A DNA stretch of 64,000 bases from Candidatus Pacearchaeota archaeon. GTDB lineage: Bacteria > Patescibacteriota > Minisyncoccia > Minisyncoccales > UBA5738. The notes under the pieces are model-generated. The model made no database searches. It was not told where the DNA came from and saw only the letters and a program-made list of their open reading frames with translations. Positions 49,399 to 58,323 of this stretch are shown one piece after another. The position numbers and the translations under genes are program-made. Where the stretch lies: contig DAOSDI010000001.1 of NCBI GenBank assembly GCA_035362275.1, forward strand, positions 22,777-86,776, written 5' to 3'. Numbering within the stretch: position 1 is the first letter of the stretch; each line of letters starts with the position of its first letter.

Positions 49399-50517
49399 TT
49401 ACAGGGAGCAGGATTCAACAAGGGCGATTTCCAGAGGAAGTTGCGGGATGGGAGAATATTTGATCTTGCCTTGCGCTTCCAGGAAAATATCAATGATGTT
49501 TTTGATTTTTTCTTCGCCCATTGCCAGGGTTTGCGTCCGCAGGACTTCAAATTCTTCGTCGGTCAGGCCGGCAATCATTACGTTGTCGTTTTTTGCGTCT
49601 TTGGGACCGACAATTGCCAGAACGAGCGCGTGGCGCAAATAATTCAGCAAGCTTTTGCCATATTCGGCAACATCATAGCCTTTTTCAATGATTTCGTTTA
49701 GATGGCTCACCGCCGCCGCCGCGTTTTTTTCGGCAATAAACCGCGTTAATTCCGCGGCGGATTTGGTTTCGGTCATTCCCAGGAATTCGCGGATGTCGGC
49801 GGCGGCAATGGCGGATTTTTTTTGCGCCGCCAGCGTCAAGACCTGCCCCAACAGGCTTTCGGCGTCGCGCATTGAACCGCCGGCGGAAAGCGCAATCAAT
49901 TCCAGCGCGGCTTTCTCAACCTTGATTTTTTCGTTACTGGCCAGTTTTTGCAGGCGCCCGACCAGTTCGGGCAAAGACAGTTTGCGGAAATCAAACCGCT
50001 GGCAACGCGACATAATCGTGGGCAGGATTTTGTGCAGTTCGGTGGTGGCCAAAACGAAAATCGCGTGCGCCGGCGGCTCTTCCAAAGTTTTGAGCAGGGC
50101 GTTGGCCGCGTCTTTGGAAAGTTGGTGGCATTCGTCAATGATGAACACTTTGTATTTCATTTTTGCCGGCGCGAATTTGATGCCCTCGCGCAGTTCACGG
50201 ATGTCGTCAACGCCGCGGTGCGACGCCGCGTCAATTTCAATCAAGTCTATCGCCCGTCCGCTTTGGATTTCCGCGCAATTGGCGCACCGGTTGCAGGGCT
50301 CGCCGCTGTCTGCCGCGCGATTGAGACAATTGACCGCCTTGGCAATCACGCGCGCGGTGGTGGTTTTGCCGCAACCGCGCGGTCCGGAAAACAAATAGGC
50401 GTGGGCAACTTGCCCGCTTTTAATCTCGTTTTGGATGGTTTTGGTAACGTGTTCCTGTCCAATAACGTCGGCAAACGCCTGCGGCCGGTATTTGCGATAA
50501 AGCACTAAATTTTTCAT
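49399..50517 (-). CDS. dnaX: DNA polymerase III gamma/tau subunit (short form)
   Basis: LYRKYRP, GPRGCGKTT, EIDAAS, IIDECH, LLKTLEEPP, SRCQ. Confidence 0.96.
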   Translation of the reverse strand: MKNLVLYRKYRPQAFADVIGQEHVTKTIQNEIKSGQVAHAYLFSGPRGCGKTTTARVIAKAVNCLNRAADSGEPCNRCANCAEIQSGRAIDLIEIDAASHRGVDDIRELREGIKFAPAKMKYKVFIIDECHQLSKDAANALLKTLEEPPAHAIFVLATTELHKILPTIMSRCQRFDFRKLSLPELVGRLQKLASNEKIKVEKAALELIALSAGGSMRDAESLLGQVLTLAAQKKSAIAAADIREFLGMTETKSAAELTRFIAEKNAAAAVSHLNEIIEKGYDVAEYGKSLLNYLRHALVLAIVGPKDAKNDNVMIAGLTDEEFEVLRTQTLAMGEEKIKNIIDIFLEAQGKIKYSPIPQLPLEIALVESCSL

Positions 50518-50614
50518 AAATATAGGTTAAAGTTATATCGATTTTTCAATTCTCAGCTTTGATTAAGTTTTTAATTATCATTTAAACAAACAAATTACAG
50601 TGTCTTGTCGCTAT

Positions 50615-50674
50615 TTAAATCATTTGGCAAAATTCTATTGCGGATTCTCCGATTTTTGCCATTCTTTCCTCATG
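50615..50674 (-). pseudogene. Possible remnant of a four-helix-bundle (IVS/bAvd-like) protein
   Basis: HEERMAKIGESAIEFC resembles that family's N-terminus; flanked by 7-nt periodic repeats. Confidence 0.35.
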
Positions 50675-50737
50675 TTTATGTTTGCTTGATGATTGATTTA
50701 TTGTTAATTCAATGAAAATTGAAAACTGAAAACTGTA

Positions 50738-51382
50738 TTATTTTTTTTCAAACACCAAAATTTTGTAGCCGAAAAAGTTGAAGATGAAAACCGCCATTAT
50801 CGCGCCGATGCCGCCCAGATTCGCCCAAAGCTCGGCGCCGATTTCCCATTGCGGCCCGATTTGATTGACGATGACGTCGGCGATAAAAATATTGAGCGCC
50901 AATCCGGCAAGAGTGATGGCAAAGAATTTGCCGAATTCGCGTTTCAGATTTTGCCGGTTTTTGTTTTTAAACGCCCACAGTTTGTCGGGAAAATATTTCA
51001 GCGATGTGGCGGCGGCAAAAGATATTCCCTTGGCCGCATTGAAACCGGCGCCGGATGCCGCTCCGCTCAAAATCATAAAGAGGTTAAGCAGGGCCAGATC
51101 AAGTATCGCGGCCATCGCTCCCACCAGCAAAAATTTGGCCAACTGGTAAATTGCCGGAAACTTTTTGCCGATCAGAAACGCAATTTGCAGGCCGAGATCC
51201 GCAAGCAAAGGAAAAATGATCAACAAAAGCCATCGCCATCGGACGAAACTTTCCGCTATCAAGCCGCCCGAAGATTGTCCCAAAATATAATAAAAATAAA
51301 CCGCCACGCCGCCGCCGATACCCGCGGCAATGATTGCGTCATTTGCCTCCATTTTTGAATATTTTTCGTTTTTGGATGCCAT
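50738..51382 (-). CDS. GtrA-family membrane protein
   Basis: QLAKFLLVG..LDL..K.ISF..KLWAF..NFFGYK. Confidence 0.85.
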   Translation of the reverse strand: MASKNEKYSKMEANDAIIAAGIGGGVAVYFYYILGQSSGGLIAESFVRWRWLLLIIFPLLADLGLQIAFLIGKKFPAIYQLAKFLLVGAMAAILDLALLNLFMILSGAASGAGFNAAKGISFAAATSLKYFPDKLWAFKNKNRQNLKREFGKFFAITLAGLALNIFIADVIVNQIGPQWEIGAELWANLGGIGAIMAVFIFNFFGYKILVFEKK

Positions 51383-51418
51383 TGCCGATTTTACCACAGA
51401 TTGGCTTTCGCGGACATA

Positions 51419-51598
51419 TTGACAAGGATGGGTTGGTTTTGTTATGCTGGAAGAGCAAGGCTATGAACAAGAAACTTCATTCAAAAAAACCGGCCGGTTT
51501 GTGTATGTTCCTCTCGTAAAGAGCGGCCGGTTTTGGTGAATTTGTTTGCAACAACGTATGCTACCGCGCCTCTCTTTACGGGAGGCGCGTTTCAATTT
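51419..51598 (+). promoter_or_regulatory. Promoter plus putative leader-peptide attenuator of the cysteine synthase genes
   Basis: TTGACA-N18-TATGCT; leader MNKKLHSKKPAGLCMFLS (51463-51519); terminator 51565-51598; antiterminator 51510-23/51572-85. Confidence 0.6.
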
Positions 51599-51634
51599 AA
51601 AAATTTAAAAATTAAAAAATTAAAAATAACAGTT

Positions 51635-52567
51635 ATGAAAATATTGGAAACAATCGGCAATACTCCGCTGGTGGAAATTGAAAAACTCAATCCCAACCCG
51701 AAAGTGAAAATCTATGCCAAATTGGAAGGCGCCAATCCCACCGGGTCAATCAAAGACCGCATCGCCTTGGCGATGATTGAACATGCCGAAAAGACCGGCG
51801 TGCTGAAAAAGGGGAAAACGATCATTGAGGCGACGAGCGGCAACACCGGCATCGGGATTGCCATGGTGGCGGCCATCAAAGGCTATAAGACGATGATCGT
51901 TCTGCCCGAATCAATGAGCGTGGAGCGGCAGAAAATGATACTGGCTTTCGGCGCCGAACTGATATTGGTCAAGCCGGAAATGTGGCGCGACGGCGCGGTG
52001 GCAATGATCAAAGAAATGGCCGCCAAAGACAAAAAATTGGTGATGCTCAACCAGTTTGACAACGAGCAGAACTGTTTGGCGCATTATTACACCACCGGCA
52101 AGGAAATTGCCAGGCAAGTTCCGGAAAAAATTGATTATTTGATCGCCGGACTGGGCACCGGCGGCACGATCACCGGCATCGCGCGCCGGCTGAGGGAAAA
52201 ACATCCCGCAATGCGCGTCATCGGCATCCAGCCCTATCTGGGTGAAAAAATAGAAGGATTGCGCTCGGTGAAATCCGGCGCGATTCCCAAAATTCTGGAG
52301 CCTTGCCTGCCCTGCGGCGACCATCGCAAAAGCCTGATTGACATCGTGATTGAAATTCACGAGAAGGACGCCGTCAAAACCGTCCGCGATCTGGCGGCAA
52401 AAGAAGGAATTTTTGTCGGGCAAAGCTCCGGCGCGGCGATGTTTGCCGCCGCCAAGTATGCCAAAAAAGCGGGAAAGGGAACGATTGTTACCGTCTTCCC
52501 CGACCGCGGGGAAAAATATTTGAGCACCGGAGTTTTTCTTCGTCAGAAAAACAACACTAAACCTTAA
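51635..52567 (+). CDS. Cysteine synthase (CysK/CysM family), copy 1
   Basis: NPTGSIKDR, ATSGNTG, NQF, GTGGT, PDRGEKYLS. Confidence 0.93.
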   Translation: MKILETIGNTPLVEIEKLNPNPKVKIYAKLEGANPTGSIKDRIALAMIEHAEKTGVLKKGKTIIEATSGNTGIGIAMVAAIKGYKTMIVLPESMSVERQKMILAFGAELILVKPEMWRDGAVAMIKEMAAKDKKLVMLNQFDNEQNCLAHYYTTGKEIARQVPEKIDYLIAGLGTGGTITGIARRLREKHPAMRVIGIQPYLGEKIEGLRSVKSGAIPKILEPCLPCGDHRKSLIDIVIEIHEKDAVKTVRDLAAKEGIFVGQSSGAAMFAAAKYAKKAGKGTIVTVFPDRGEKYLSTGVFLRQKNNTKP

Positions 52568-52575
52568 CAAATTCC

Positions 52576-53481
52576 ATGGACAATATTCTTGACACTATCG
52601 GCAGGACGCCGCTGGTGGAAATCAAAAAATTAAATCCCAATCCCGCCGTCAAAATCTTTGCCAAATTGGAAGGGTTCAATCCGGGCGGGTCAATGAAAGA
52701 TCGCGTGGCGCGGGCGCTGATTGATGATGCCGAAAGATCCGGCGCGCTGAAAAAAGGAAAAACGATCATTGAGGCAACCAATGGCAACACCGGCATCGGG
52801 ATTGCCATGGTGGCGGCCATCAAAGGCTATAAAACCATCATCGTGTCGCCGGAAAATGCCAACCGGGAAAGAAAAAAGATTATTGAGAGCTTCGGTGCGC
52901 AAGTGATTGAAGTGAAGCCCGAACTCTGGCGGCAAGGTGCGCTGGATCTGGTGGAGGAAATGGCGGCCAAGGACTCTTCATTGGTGGTTTTGGATAAATT
53001 TTCTGCCAAGCAAAATTGCGCGGTGCATTTTAACACCACCGGCAAAGAAATCGTCAAACAAACCGGCGGACAAATTGATTACTTCATTTCCTGCATCGGT
53101 ACCGGCGGGGCGATTTCGGGCATTGCCCGCCAACTGCGGCAAAATTGGCCGCAAGTGAGGGTGATCGGCATCCAGCCCAAGATTTGGGGCGCCGATTCTT
53201 CCATTGAGACCGGAATATTTCCGCCCATCCTGAACTCAAACCTGCCCTGCGGCGACCATGATAAAGTGATGGTGGACATTATCGTGGAGATCGGGCAAAC
53301 CGATGCCTTTCAGATGGCCGGAAGAATCATCCGGGAGGAAGGGATTTTTGCCGGCGCCAGCTCCGGCGCGGCGATGTTCACCGCCGCCGAATATGCCAAA
53401 AAGATGGAAAAGGGAACGATCGTCACCGTCTTCCCCGACCGCGGCGAGCATTATCTTGCCACGGAAATGTTCCAGAATTGA
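52576..53481 (+). CDS. Cysteine-synthase-family protein, copy 2 (altered substrate loop)
   Basis: NPGGSMKDR retained; ATNGN, DKF and GTGGA variants. Confidence 0.88.
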   Translation: MDNILDTIGRTPLVEIKKLNPNPAVKIFAKLEGFNPGGSMKDRVARALIDDAERSGALKKGKTIIEATNGNTGIGIAMVAAIKGYKTIIVSPENANRERKKIIESFGAQVIEVKPELWRQGALDLVEEMAAKDSSLVVLDKFSAKQNCAVHFNTTGKEIVKQTGGQIDYFISCIGTGGAISGIARQLRQNWPQVRVIGIQPKIWGADSSIETGIFPPILNSNLPCGDHDKVMVDIIVEIGQTDAFQMAGRIIREEGIFAGASSGAAMFTAAEYAKKMEKGTIVTVFPDRGEHYLATEMFQN

Positions 53482-53515
53482 AAAAACCGCATCGGCGCTA
53501 CCGATGCGGTTTTTT
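53481..53515. terminator. Bidirectional terminator
   Basis: AAAAAACCGCATCGG-CGCTA-CCGATGCGGTTTTTT. Confidence 0.8.
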
Positions 53516-53527
53516 GTTTCCGTAAAA

Positions 53528-54214
53528 TTATTTTTCGGAGAGTTTGTCGCGCAATCCGCGAATGGCTTCCGCCGCGGCATCTTTGCCTCCCAAGCCGAAC
53601 GCCAAACCGAATGCCAGCGCGAACATTCCCACGAACCCGGTAATCACGGTGCTGATAATGGTTTCTGCCACGCCCAATTGGAGCAGGATTGCCATCACCG
53701 CGAAAGTATAGATTGCCGCGCGGACGATCGCTCCCAACAGGTTGCTGTATTTGATCTCCAATCTTTTCACCGACGCTTTGATGACCTTTTCCAAAATGTC
53801 GGCCACGATGATTGATACCACGAAAATCGCCGCGGCCACAATCACATTGGGCAACCACTCAAGCACGCGGGTCAAGAACACCGCAAACGCGCTTAATCCC
53901 AAAATTTCCACAAATATCTGCAAGAACACGATCACCAAAATCCATTTCAAAATCGCACCCAAAAATTCGGAAGGATGCACTTTGATTTCGGCGTTTTCCA
54001 GAGCGGCCTTCCAGCCGCTTTTTGAGAACAGCGAATCAAAATTGATCTTCTTGAGGATGTTGGCGGTGATCTTGCCCATTCCGGAAGCGATAATCCAGCC
54101 GATGCCGAAAACGATCAAGCCGATCGCCAATTTGGGCAAAAACAGCAGGGCGCCTTCCCAAACATTTTGGAGGGCCTGCAGAGTGATTGCCGACCAATCA
54201 TTGGTGATTGTCAT
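53528..54214 (-). CDS. TM-helix-repeat (CmpX/MscS-associated) membrane protein
   Basis: FLPKL..GWIIA; WLPNVIVA; ALAFGLAFGLGGKD. Confidence 0.85.
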   Translation of the reverse strand: MTITNDWSAITLQALQNVWEGALLFLPKLAIGLIVFGIGWIIASGMGKITANILKKINFDSLFSKSGWKAALENAEIKVHPSEFLGAILKWILVIVFLQIFVEILGLSAFAVFLTRVLEWLPNVIVAAAIFVVSIIVADILEKVIKASVKRLEIKYSNLLGAIVRAAIYTFAVMAILLQLGVAETIISTVITGFVGMFALAFGLAFGLGGKDAAAEAIRGLRDKLSEK

Positions 54215-54351
54215 ATTTTTTTGTTTTAAACTTATTTCTTAATATTATACCTCGCGCCCGACTTCGGCGCAATGACGGACCCGGAAAAGGCCCGGTTTTA
54301 TGCTTATATTATAATATAGATATTTATTGTTTGTCAAGACAGACGGAGATT

Positions 54352-54828
54352 TTACCATGATTTGCCGCCGATAAAATAGATGCAAATATCATCGCCGATA
54401 GGAGCCCGATTATGGGACGATATTGTTCCGTTGGGACCTCCGGAGCACACCGAGGTGTTCCATATTCCCGTTTCGCAAGACGTGGCGCAACTTGAACAAG
54501 GTTCGGGGCAACCATCGTAATAATAAGCATGGCCCCAAGGATCATCTCCGATTCCGGGAAGATAATCGGCCAGATAAGTTCTAAAATTCGCGGCGCTGTT
54601 TATGTTTCCCGGAGAAGGATATTTTCCGGTTCTCGCTTCCATCATCATAATTGCCCGGTATATCGCGCTGACTTCGGAGCGGGCTTTGGCGATCCTTGCG
54701 CTTTCCCTTATGCCTTGCGTGGCCACTAAAACCATTCCCGACAACGTGCCGATAATCGCGATCACCACCAACAATTCAATTAATGTAAAACCACTGTGAT
54801 CGTTTTTCTTTTTTTGAATAATCCCCAT
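54352..54828 (-). CDS. Type IV pilin / GspG-like prepilin
   Basis: GFTLIELLVVIAIIG N-methylation motif; DPWGHAY; Cys-rich C-terminus. Confidence 0.9.
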   Translation of the reverse strand: MGIIQKKKNDHSGFTLIELLVVIAIIGTLSGMVLVATQGIRESARIAKARSEVSAIYRAIMMMEARTGKYPSPGNINSAANFRTYLADYLPGIGDDPWGHAYYYDGCPEPCSSCATSCETGIWNTSVCSGGPNGTISSHNRAPIGDDICIYFIGGKSW

Positions 54829-54935
54829 TATTCTTTGATCTGAAACTTTAAAAGACGATAAAAGGACATTCCCGATGATCGGCAAGTATTTTATTCAACT
54901 GTCAAACTCCCGGGGCTTCATTGTTCCAAAAACAT

Positions 54936-55011
54936 TGGTGGACCTTGCCGGATTTGAACCGGCGACCTCCTCATTGCAAATGAGGCGCTCTGCCAACTGA
55001 GCTAAAGGCCC
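54936..55011 (-). tRNA. tRNA-Ala(UGC)
   Basis: Cloverleaf, G3:U70, anticodon TGC, CCA. Confidence 0.95.
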
Positions 55012-55159
55012 AACGATTAGCATTGATTGCGGGACAATTAGCGGTCCCTCCAATACAAATACACAATAACAAAAAAGAGACAAAATGCAATGCGGTTAGC
55101 GCGTTGCTTTAATGGCCGGGCTTGCTATGATGGCGTAATAATCAAAATAATTGAAAATT

Positions 55160-56464
55160 ATGAAATTCAACCGTTGGGGCGTAGTGGCGGGGGCGTTGCT
55201 GATTCAGGTGAGTTTGGGGGCGATTTATATTTACAGCGTTTTCAAGCCGGCATTGAAAAATCATTTTCCCGATTGGTCAGCGACGGATTCAGCGCTTCCG
55301 GCACAGATCCTTTTGGCGGTGGGCGCGTTGAGCATGGTCATCGCGGGAAAAATACAGGACAAGATCGGACCCCAAAAAACCGCGATTGGCGGGGCGGTAA
55401 TTTTGCTTTTGGGGATGTATGTTGCGGCCAAAGCGCAAACTTTGGCGCAGTTTGTTTTTGGGTTTGGCGTTTTGGGCGGCCTTGGTATTTATGCGGCTTA
55501 TGTTTGTCCCATTGCCACTTGCGTCAAGTGGTTTCCGGACAAGCGCGGGTTGATCACCGGATTAGCGGTGGCGGGATTTGGGGCCGGCGGCTTGGTATTC
55601 GCGCCGCTGGCGGTTTATCTGATTGGCAAGATTGGCATTATGGCGGCGCTGTTTTACTTGGGCTTGATTTATTTTTTGGTAATTATCGCCGGAGCGCAAT
55701 TGATGCGCTTGCCGCCGGCGGGATATTGTCCCGCAGGCTGGATGCCGCCGGCGGCGGCCGATGGCCGGAAAGTTGATTACACGACCAAGGAAATGATTAA
55801 AACCTGCCGGTTTTGGATTTTATGGATTACTTATTTTATTGGTTGTACCGCCGGATTATTGGTGATAATGAATTTGGTGAATATCTGGCAAGCACAAGCC
55901 GCGTCCGGACTAACAAAGTTTTCCGAAATCATTACCGTGGCACAATTTTCGCAGATTTTGGCGCAGGGAACGCTGGCGGTGATGGCGGTTTCCATCTTCA
56001 ACAGCTTGGGGAGGATCGCGTGGGGACGGATTTCGGACAAAAACGGGCGGGAAAAAACTTTGGCGGCGGTATTCGCGCTGTGTGGAGTTATGCTGTTGGT
56101 TTTGGGAGGATTGAACAGTTTTTGGAGTTTTGTCGTTGCCGCATCCGCCATCGGTTTTTGCTTCGGTGGTTTTTTGGCGCTTTATCCGGCGATCACTGCG
56201 GATTATTTCGGTTCAAAAAATATTGGCGCCAATTACGGTCTGATGTTCTCGGCATACGGTGCCGGCGGTCTGCTCGGACCGTGGCTGGCGCCGAAGTTAA
56301 TGTCTGCCGCGCAAAATGTTCCCCATCAAACCGCCGCCGCGAATGGCCAAATCATCGTCAAATTGTTTGAAACCGGCAGTTATTCAACATCGTTTTTTCT
56401 TGCCGCAATTTTATGTTTCGTTGCGGTATTTTTGGTTTTGCGATTAAAAACAAAATCCTTTTAA
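55160..56464 (+). CDS. MFS transporter, oxalate:formate antiporter (OFA) family
   Basis: Y.YSVF, KWFPDKRGLITGLAVAGFG, GRIAWGRISD, YFG.KN.GANYG. Confidence 0.9.
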   Translation: MKFNRWGVVAGALLIQVSLGAIYIYSVFKPALKNHFPDWSATDSALPAQILLAVGALSMVIAGKIQDKIGPQKTAIGGAVILLLGMYVAAKAQTLAQFVFGFGVLGGLGIYAAYVCPIATCVKWFPDKRGLITGLAVAGFGAGGLVFAPLAVYLIGKIGIMAALFYLGLIYFLVIIAGAQLMRLPPAGYCPAGWMPPAAADGRKVDYTTKEMIKTCRFWILWITYFIGCTAGLLVIMNLVNIWQAQAASGLTKFSEIITVAQFSQILAQGTLAVMAVSIFNSLGRIAWGRISDKNGREKTLAAVFALCGVMLLVLGGLNSFWSFVVAASAIGFCFGGFLALYPAITADYFGSKNIGANYGLMFSAYGAGGLLGPWLAPKLMSAAQNVPHQTAAANGQIIVKLFETGSYSTSFFLAAILCFVAVFLVLRLKTKSF

Positions 56465-56528
56465 CAGGATTTTGTTTTTAATCGCAATGACGCAGTCGGA
56501 TCGGAGTTTATCCCGATTTCAAGAGGGA

Positions 56529-56588
56529 GCCTCCGTCTTTCGCGATTCGTGAGCGGAAAATTTTAGCAAAAATTTTCATCAGGACGGC
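56529..56588 (-). pseudogene. tRNA-Ile anticodon-arm fragment with 38-nt insertion
   Basis: GCCGTCCTGAT|38 nt|AAGACGGAGGC on the minus strand. Confidence 0.75.
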
Positions 56589-56629
56589 CGCTTGTCCCGA
56601 ATAAAGTGAAGGATCATGCCGCTTAATTG

Positions 56630-56894
56630 TGGGCGATGAAGGAACCCGCCTTCGTTGAAACTTCGGCGAGGCAAAGTCGGACCTTCGGCCTCCGTCTTTT
56701 GCGATTCGTGAGCGGAAATAATTTTATGTTCAAGTATTAGTTTTTTGGTGGGCGCGGAAGGAATCGGACCTTCGGCCTCCGTCTTATCAGGACGGCGTTA
56801 TACCACTTAACTACGCGCCCCTGCGCCCACCAAAGAACTATTAAATTGAAAATTATTTCATCAGGACGGCGTTATACCACTTAACTAATCGCCC
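56630..56894 (-). pseudogene. Interrupted tRNA-Ile(GAU): 161-nt insertion after the anticodon, 32-nt insertion in the T-loop
   Basis: 5' half 56860-56894; 3' parts 56677-56698 and 56630-56644; acceptor GGGCGAT/ATCGCCC. Confidence 0.85.
56746..56820 (-). tRNA. tRNA-Ile(GAU), intact, nested in the insertion above
   Basis: GGGCGCG/CGCGCCC-A-CCA; CCGTC-CTGATAA-GACGG; T-loop TCCGATT. Confidence 0.92.
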
Positions 56895-56934
56895 GAAAAC
56901 CGAATGATCAACGGCCAAACAGTTTGTTTATAAC

Positions 56935-57534
56935 CTATTTTTTCTTTCTTTTCAAGACGCCGCCGGCAGATTTGTTTTGAACCTTTGATTTTGCCGTTTT
57001 CGTTTTTTTGGGGCGGGATGAGGAAAAATTGCCGATAATTATTTCCGGGTTGATTTTTTTGAGGCCGCCAGAAGTGATTTTCAGCGAAGCTTCATAGCTT
57101 CCCGAAGGCAGGATAATTTTGGGCGCTTCCAGCAATTTCTTGTCGCAAAAAACTTTCACGTTCCACAACCCGGCAAACGGCGGAATCGCGCCCGGGTCAA
57201 TGCCTTTGAAAGTTTCAACGATCGCTTTTTCCTTGGCAAAGGCGATTTTCTCGGTTTTTGCGAGCTTCTGCAGTTTTTCAATATCCAAATTCTTGTCGCT
57301 GCCCATCGCCGCCAACACCAATTCTTTGCCGATTTTAAGCGTCAAAACCTTTGCCACCGTGCCGGGTTTAATCTTCAAAGTTGCCGCTTTGTCAAACGCG
57401 GTATAGACCGTGCGGTGTCCGACCAATTCATATTTCGCGCCAACCTTCGCCAAAAACCCTTCCACCTTTTTGGGAACCTTTATTTTTTTTCCTGTTCCTG
57501 TTTTTGTATTGGGCTTGGATTTCATCTTCGTCAT
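56935..57534 (-). CDS. YbaK/EbsC aminoacyl-tRNA editing-domain protein
   Basis: H.TVYTA..VAKVL..PGAIPPF; Lys-rich termini. Confidence 0.85.
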   Translation of the reverse strand: MTKMKSKPNTKTGTGKKIKVPKKVEGFLAKVGAKYELVGHRTVYTAFDKAATLKIKPGTVAKVLTLKIGKELVLAAMGSDKNLDIEKLQKLAKTEKIAFAKEKAIVETFKGIDPGAIPPFAGLWNVKVFCDKKLLEAPKIILPSGSYEASLKITSGGLKKINPEIIIGNFSSSRPKKTKTAKSKVQNKSAGGVLKRKKK

Positions 57535-57538
57535 TTTT

Positions 57539-57757
57539 TTAAGAATTGCGAAATTTGCTTTCAGGCAATTGCGATTGGCGCATTATTGAACGGAAAGTTC
57601 CGTAAAGAATTTCCTTGCCGTGAATCGGCACGATTGCCGTCAAATTCGCCGCGCCGCTTTTGCGATATTTGGCATGGCTACCATTTTGAGAAACAAAAAC
57701 GAAACCATTTTTCTCCAAAGTTTTGATAACTTTTTTTGTTTGTATCGGATTAGGCAT
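57539..57757 (-). CDS. hicA: HicA-family toxin
   Basis: LEKNGF..QNGSH..VPIH..GT..SI. Confidence 0.88.
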   Translation of the reverse strand: MPNPIQTKKVIKTLEKNGFVFVSQNGSHAKYRKSGAANLTAIVPIHGKEILYGTFRSIMRQSQLPESKFRNS

Positions 57758-57968
57758 TGGTTAAAGTCAGCGAAAAAACATCCGGCCGTTCCACTTTATT
57801 GATTTGGGAAATATCTCGATCTTCAAAATACAATTCCAGCGCCTCTTTGAGGTTTTCCATCGCTTTTTTTTTGGTTGCGCCAAAACTGGCCACATCAACA
57901 TTGAGACATTGTGAAACATATTGCTTGCCTTCTTTCCAAACCGCGGCCTTTAAATTTACCCTTTTCAT
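57750..57968 (-). CDS. hicB: HicB-family antitoxin (short)
   Basis: WKEG..YVSQC..VASFG.T..A..NLKEALELY. Confidence 0.88.
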   Translation of the reverse strand: MKRVNLKAAVWKEGKQYVSQCLNVDVASFGATKKKAMENLKEALELYFEDRDISQINKVERPDVFSLTLTNA

Positions 57969-58114
57969 TGTTTTAATTTTATAACTAAGTTTTAATCTAT
58001 GGCTCCATCCTACCAAAATTCTCCTTCCCGTCAATTATTGTCATTGTTTATCCTATCGCTACCGGAACCGCATTCTTGCACCAAGCGCAATTATTTGCTA
58101 GATATTAACTATTC

Positions 58115-58186
58115 GGGGGTGTGGTGAAATTGGCATCACAAAGGTCTCCAAAACCTTCGTTTCAGGTTCAAGTCCTGGCACCCCCG
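58115..58186 (+). tRNA. tRNA-Trp(CCA)
   Basis: AAGGT-CTCCAAA-ACCTT; GGTTCAAGTCC; CCA tail not encoded. Confidence 0.93.
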
Positions 58187-58323
58187 CTTTCACCCGCCGA
58201 AGCGCTTTTTTTGAAACAAAAAAGCGCGAAGGCGAGCTTCGCCCCTTCGGCTCGGTTTCAGCAGGCGAGGCCCGCCAATTAGGTGACGAATTACTATTCG
58301 TCTGTCTATATTCGAAATCCAAA

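Noticed and set aside
49688-52570. Long antisense ORFs (e.g. 49688-50398, 51911-52570)
   Set aside because: Shadows of dnaX and cysteine synthase with no independent motifs
56699-56859. Group I intron in tRNA-Ile (same 36/37 position as known bacterial examples)
   Set aside because: No catalytic core elements, no terminal G, and the interior is a tRNA
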